Shown here piece by piece: positions 62,599 through 64,000 of a DNA stretch of 64,000 nt. The stretch is from an uncultured Polaromonas sp. GTDB taxonomy: Bacteria > Pseudomonadota > Gammaproteobacteria > Burkholderiales > Burkholderiaceae_C. Within the stretch, counting starts at the first letter, position 1. Each line of letters begins with the position of its first letter. The notes under the pieces were generated by a model, which saw only the letters and a program-made list of their open reading frames with translations, ran no database searches and was not told where the DNA came from. Made by a program: the position numbers and the translations under genes. The DNA lies in NCBI GenBank assembly GCA_937863225.1, contig CALMEI010000063.1, positions 2,137 through 66,136 on the forward strand, in the 5' to 3' direction.

Positions 62599-62931
62599 TC
62601 ACACTTTGGGCTTATCGCTGTGTGAAACCTCGTAGCAGTCCGCCACGTAGGTGGGGCCTTTCATCATCCACACGATGACGCAGCCCATGGTCACCAAGAT
62701 GGACAAAGACCAGATATACAAACCCAAGCCCAGCATCATGTAGTCCAGCTTTTGAATTTCACGTGCCAAGGCTTCTGTTGTTTTGGCAGTGATGAAGTAG
62801 CGCCCTGCAATCGCCATCAGCGCTGGCAACACAATCCCAGCAACAAAAACGGTAGGCATGATGCGCAAAATCCGCCACTCTAAACCGGGCGCGGAACGTT
62901 GGTAACCAGGTAGTTTTCTGAGCCAATCCAT
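62599..62931 (-). CDS. small integral membrane protein, unknown function
   Basis: Two clear hydrophobic helices; 110 aa. Confidence 0.5.
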   Translation of the reverse strand: MDWLRKLPGYQRSAPGLEWRILRIMPTVFVAGIVLPALMAIAGRYFITAKTTEALAREIQKLDYMMLGLGLYIWSLSILVTMGCVIVWMMKGPTYVADCYEVSHSDKPKV

Positions 62932-63035
62932 AATGGGTTTATTTTATAGCGTTCCATCCAACGGTGTTTTGAATTACGATTAACATGGGGTATCGTTTCA
63001 TTTGATTAACACCCTTTTGTTTGAAGGATTCATCC

Positions 63036-64000
63036 ATGTCCACATTGCACCGCGTCGCCATCAGCGCCACTGGTATTTATATACCGCCCCATGTCATTAC
63101 CAACGCCGAATTGGTCGATACGTTTAACCGCTTTGCCGACTTGCAAAATGCGGCACACGCAGCTGAAATCAGCGCCGGCACCAGCACGGCCATACCGCAC
63201 TCCAGCACAGAATTCATTGAAAAAGCATCTGGCATACAAAATCGCTATGTGCTGGAAAAATCGGGCGTGTTGGACCCCACGCGGATGCGACCACGCTTTC
63301 AAAAGCGCGCCGATGAAGCGTTAAGTTTGATGGCTGAAATCGGCGTAGCAGCAGCGCAAGATGCTTTGCAACGCGCTGGCAAAACCGCGGCCGATGTGGA
63401 TGCCGTGATTTGCTCCAGTGCCAACATGCAGCGCGCCTCCCCCGCCATGGCGATTGAAATTCAGAACGCCTTGGGCATTCAAGGATTTGGTTTTGACATG
63501 AATGTGGCTTGCTCATCGGCCACTTTTGGCATCGAGATGGCGACCAACATGGTGAAGTCCGGCGCGGCCCGCGCGGTGATGGTGATTAACCCCGAAATCA
63601 CTTCTGCGCATTTGGCATGGAAAGACCGTGATTGCCATTTCATTTTTGGCGATGTGTGTACCGCTATTTTGGTTGAGCGTTTGGATTTAGCGCCACTAGG
63701 GGCATTTGAAATTTTGGGTACCAAGTGCTTCACGCAGTTTTCTAACAACATCCGTAATAACTTTGGTTTCATGTCTCACGCGGAAGACCGCGACGTGAAC
63801 GACCGCGACCAGTTGTTTTACCAAGAAGGCCGCAAAGTGTTCAAAGACGTGTGCCCCTTAGCGGCGGAACACATCAGCACGCACTTGGCGCACCATGGCT
63901 ACACGCCGCAACAAACGCGCCGCTTTTGGCTGCACCAGGCCAACATCAACATGAACCAGTTTGTCACCCGCAAACTGCTGGGGCGCGACCCAAACCCAGA
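63036..64000 (+). CDS. beta-ketoacyl-ACP synthase III-like (FabH-family) enzyme, 3' end outside the window
   Basis: This gene is not in the ORF track because no stop falls inside the window. My translation from the ATG at 63036 gives MSTLHRVAISATGIYIPPHVITNAELVD...FDMNVACSSATFGIEMA (active-site Cys context)...RRFWLHQANINMN. Confidence 0.8.
   Translation, partial: MSTLHRVAISATGIYIPPHVITNAELVDTFNRFADLQNAAHAAEISAGTSTAIPHSSTEFIEKASGIQNRYVLEKSGVLDPTRMRPRFQKRADEALSLMAEIGVAAAQDALQRAGKTAADVDAVICSSANMQRASPAMAIEIQNALGIQGFGFDMNVACSSATFGIEMATNMVKSGAARAVMVINPEITSAHLAWKDRDCHFIFGDVCTAILVERLDLAPLGAFEILGTKCFTQFSNNIRNNFGFMSHAEDRDVNDRDQLFYQEGRKVFKDVCPLAAEHISTHLAHHGYTPQQTRRFWLHQANINMNQFVTRKLLGRDPNP

Overview
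This 64 kb window looks like a chromosomal segment of a betaproteobacterium. The gene content is Burkholderiales-like: a Bug/TctC binding protein, a metH that starts at the pterin domain behind an SAH riboswitch, and an erpA-bactofilin-rpsI-rplM neighbourhood. GC looks moderate by eye. All work was done by eye from the sequence and the ORF track; nothing was computed or searched. Most of the window is housekeeping or metabolic: lipB/lipA, gloA, tldD, metH, ybeY, tyrS, anmK, erpA, rpsI/rplM, ampG, malic enzyme, fpr, ppk2. It also holds a seven-gene Liv-type ABC transporter cluster with two acyl-CoA ligases, ligAB with a LysR regulator, an OmpR/HK pair and an ATM1-type exporter. I found no rRNA, tRNA, CRISPR array, transposase or integrase. 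The signals most worth a second look are these. (1) A 65-70 bp two-hairpin repeat family occurs in at least 10 copies. Seven copies sit just after stop codons. Three are inserted in frame, in the same orientation and reading frame, inside metH, an MFS transporter and the N-terminus of an M14 peptidase. (2) A second, unrelated 53 bp palindrome is also inserted in frame in metH. (3) An AT-rich secreted-hydrolase plus lipoprotein cassette is bracketed by two repeat copies sharing 48 identical nt, and has a heptanucleotide tract just after its start codon. (4) A 2 kb islet is bracketed by a 74 bp duplication of the 3' end of a LysR gene. It carries vapBC, a very AT-rich PadR-like plus unknown membrane-protein module, and a decayed gyrB 3' fragment. 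(5) A CDGSH iron-sulfur gene is broken by a frameshift in an A7/T7 run and is missing from the ORF track. (6) A type III Res-like helicase-nuclease is cut by the window edge. I cannot name one clear novel multi-gene system; the repeat family and the two small accessory islets are the best candidates.
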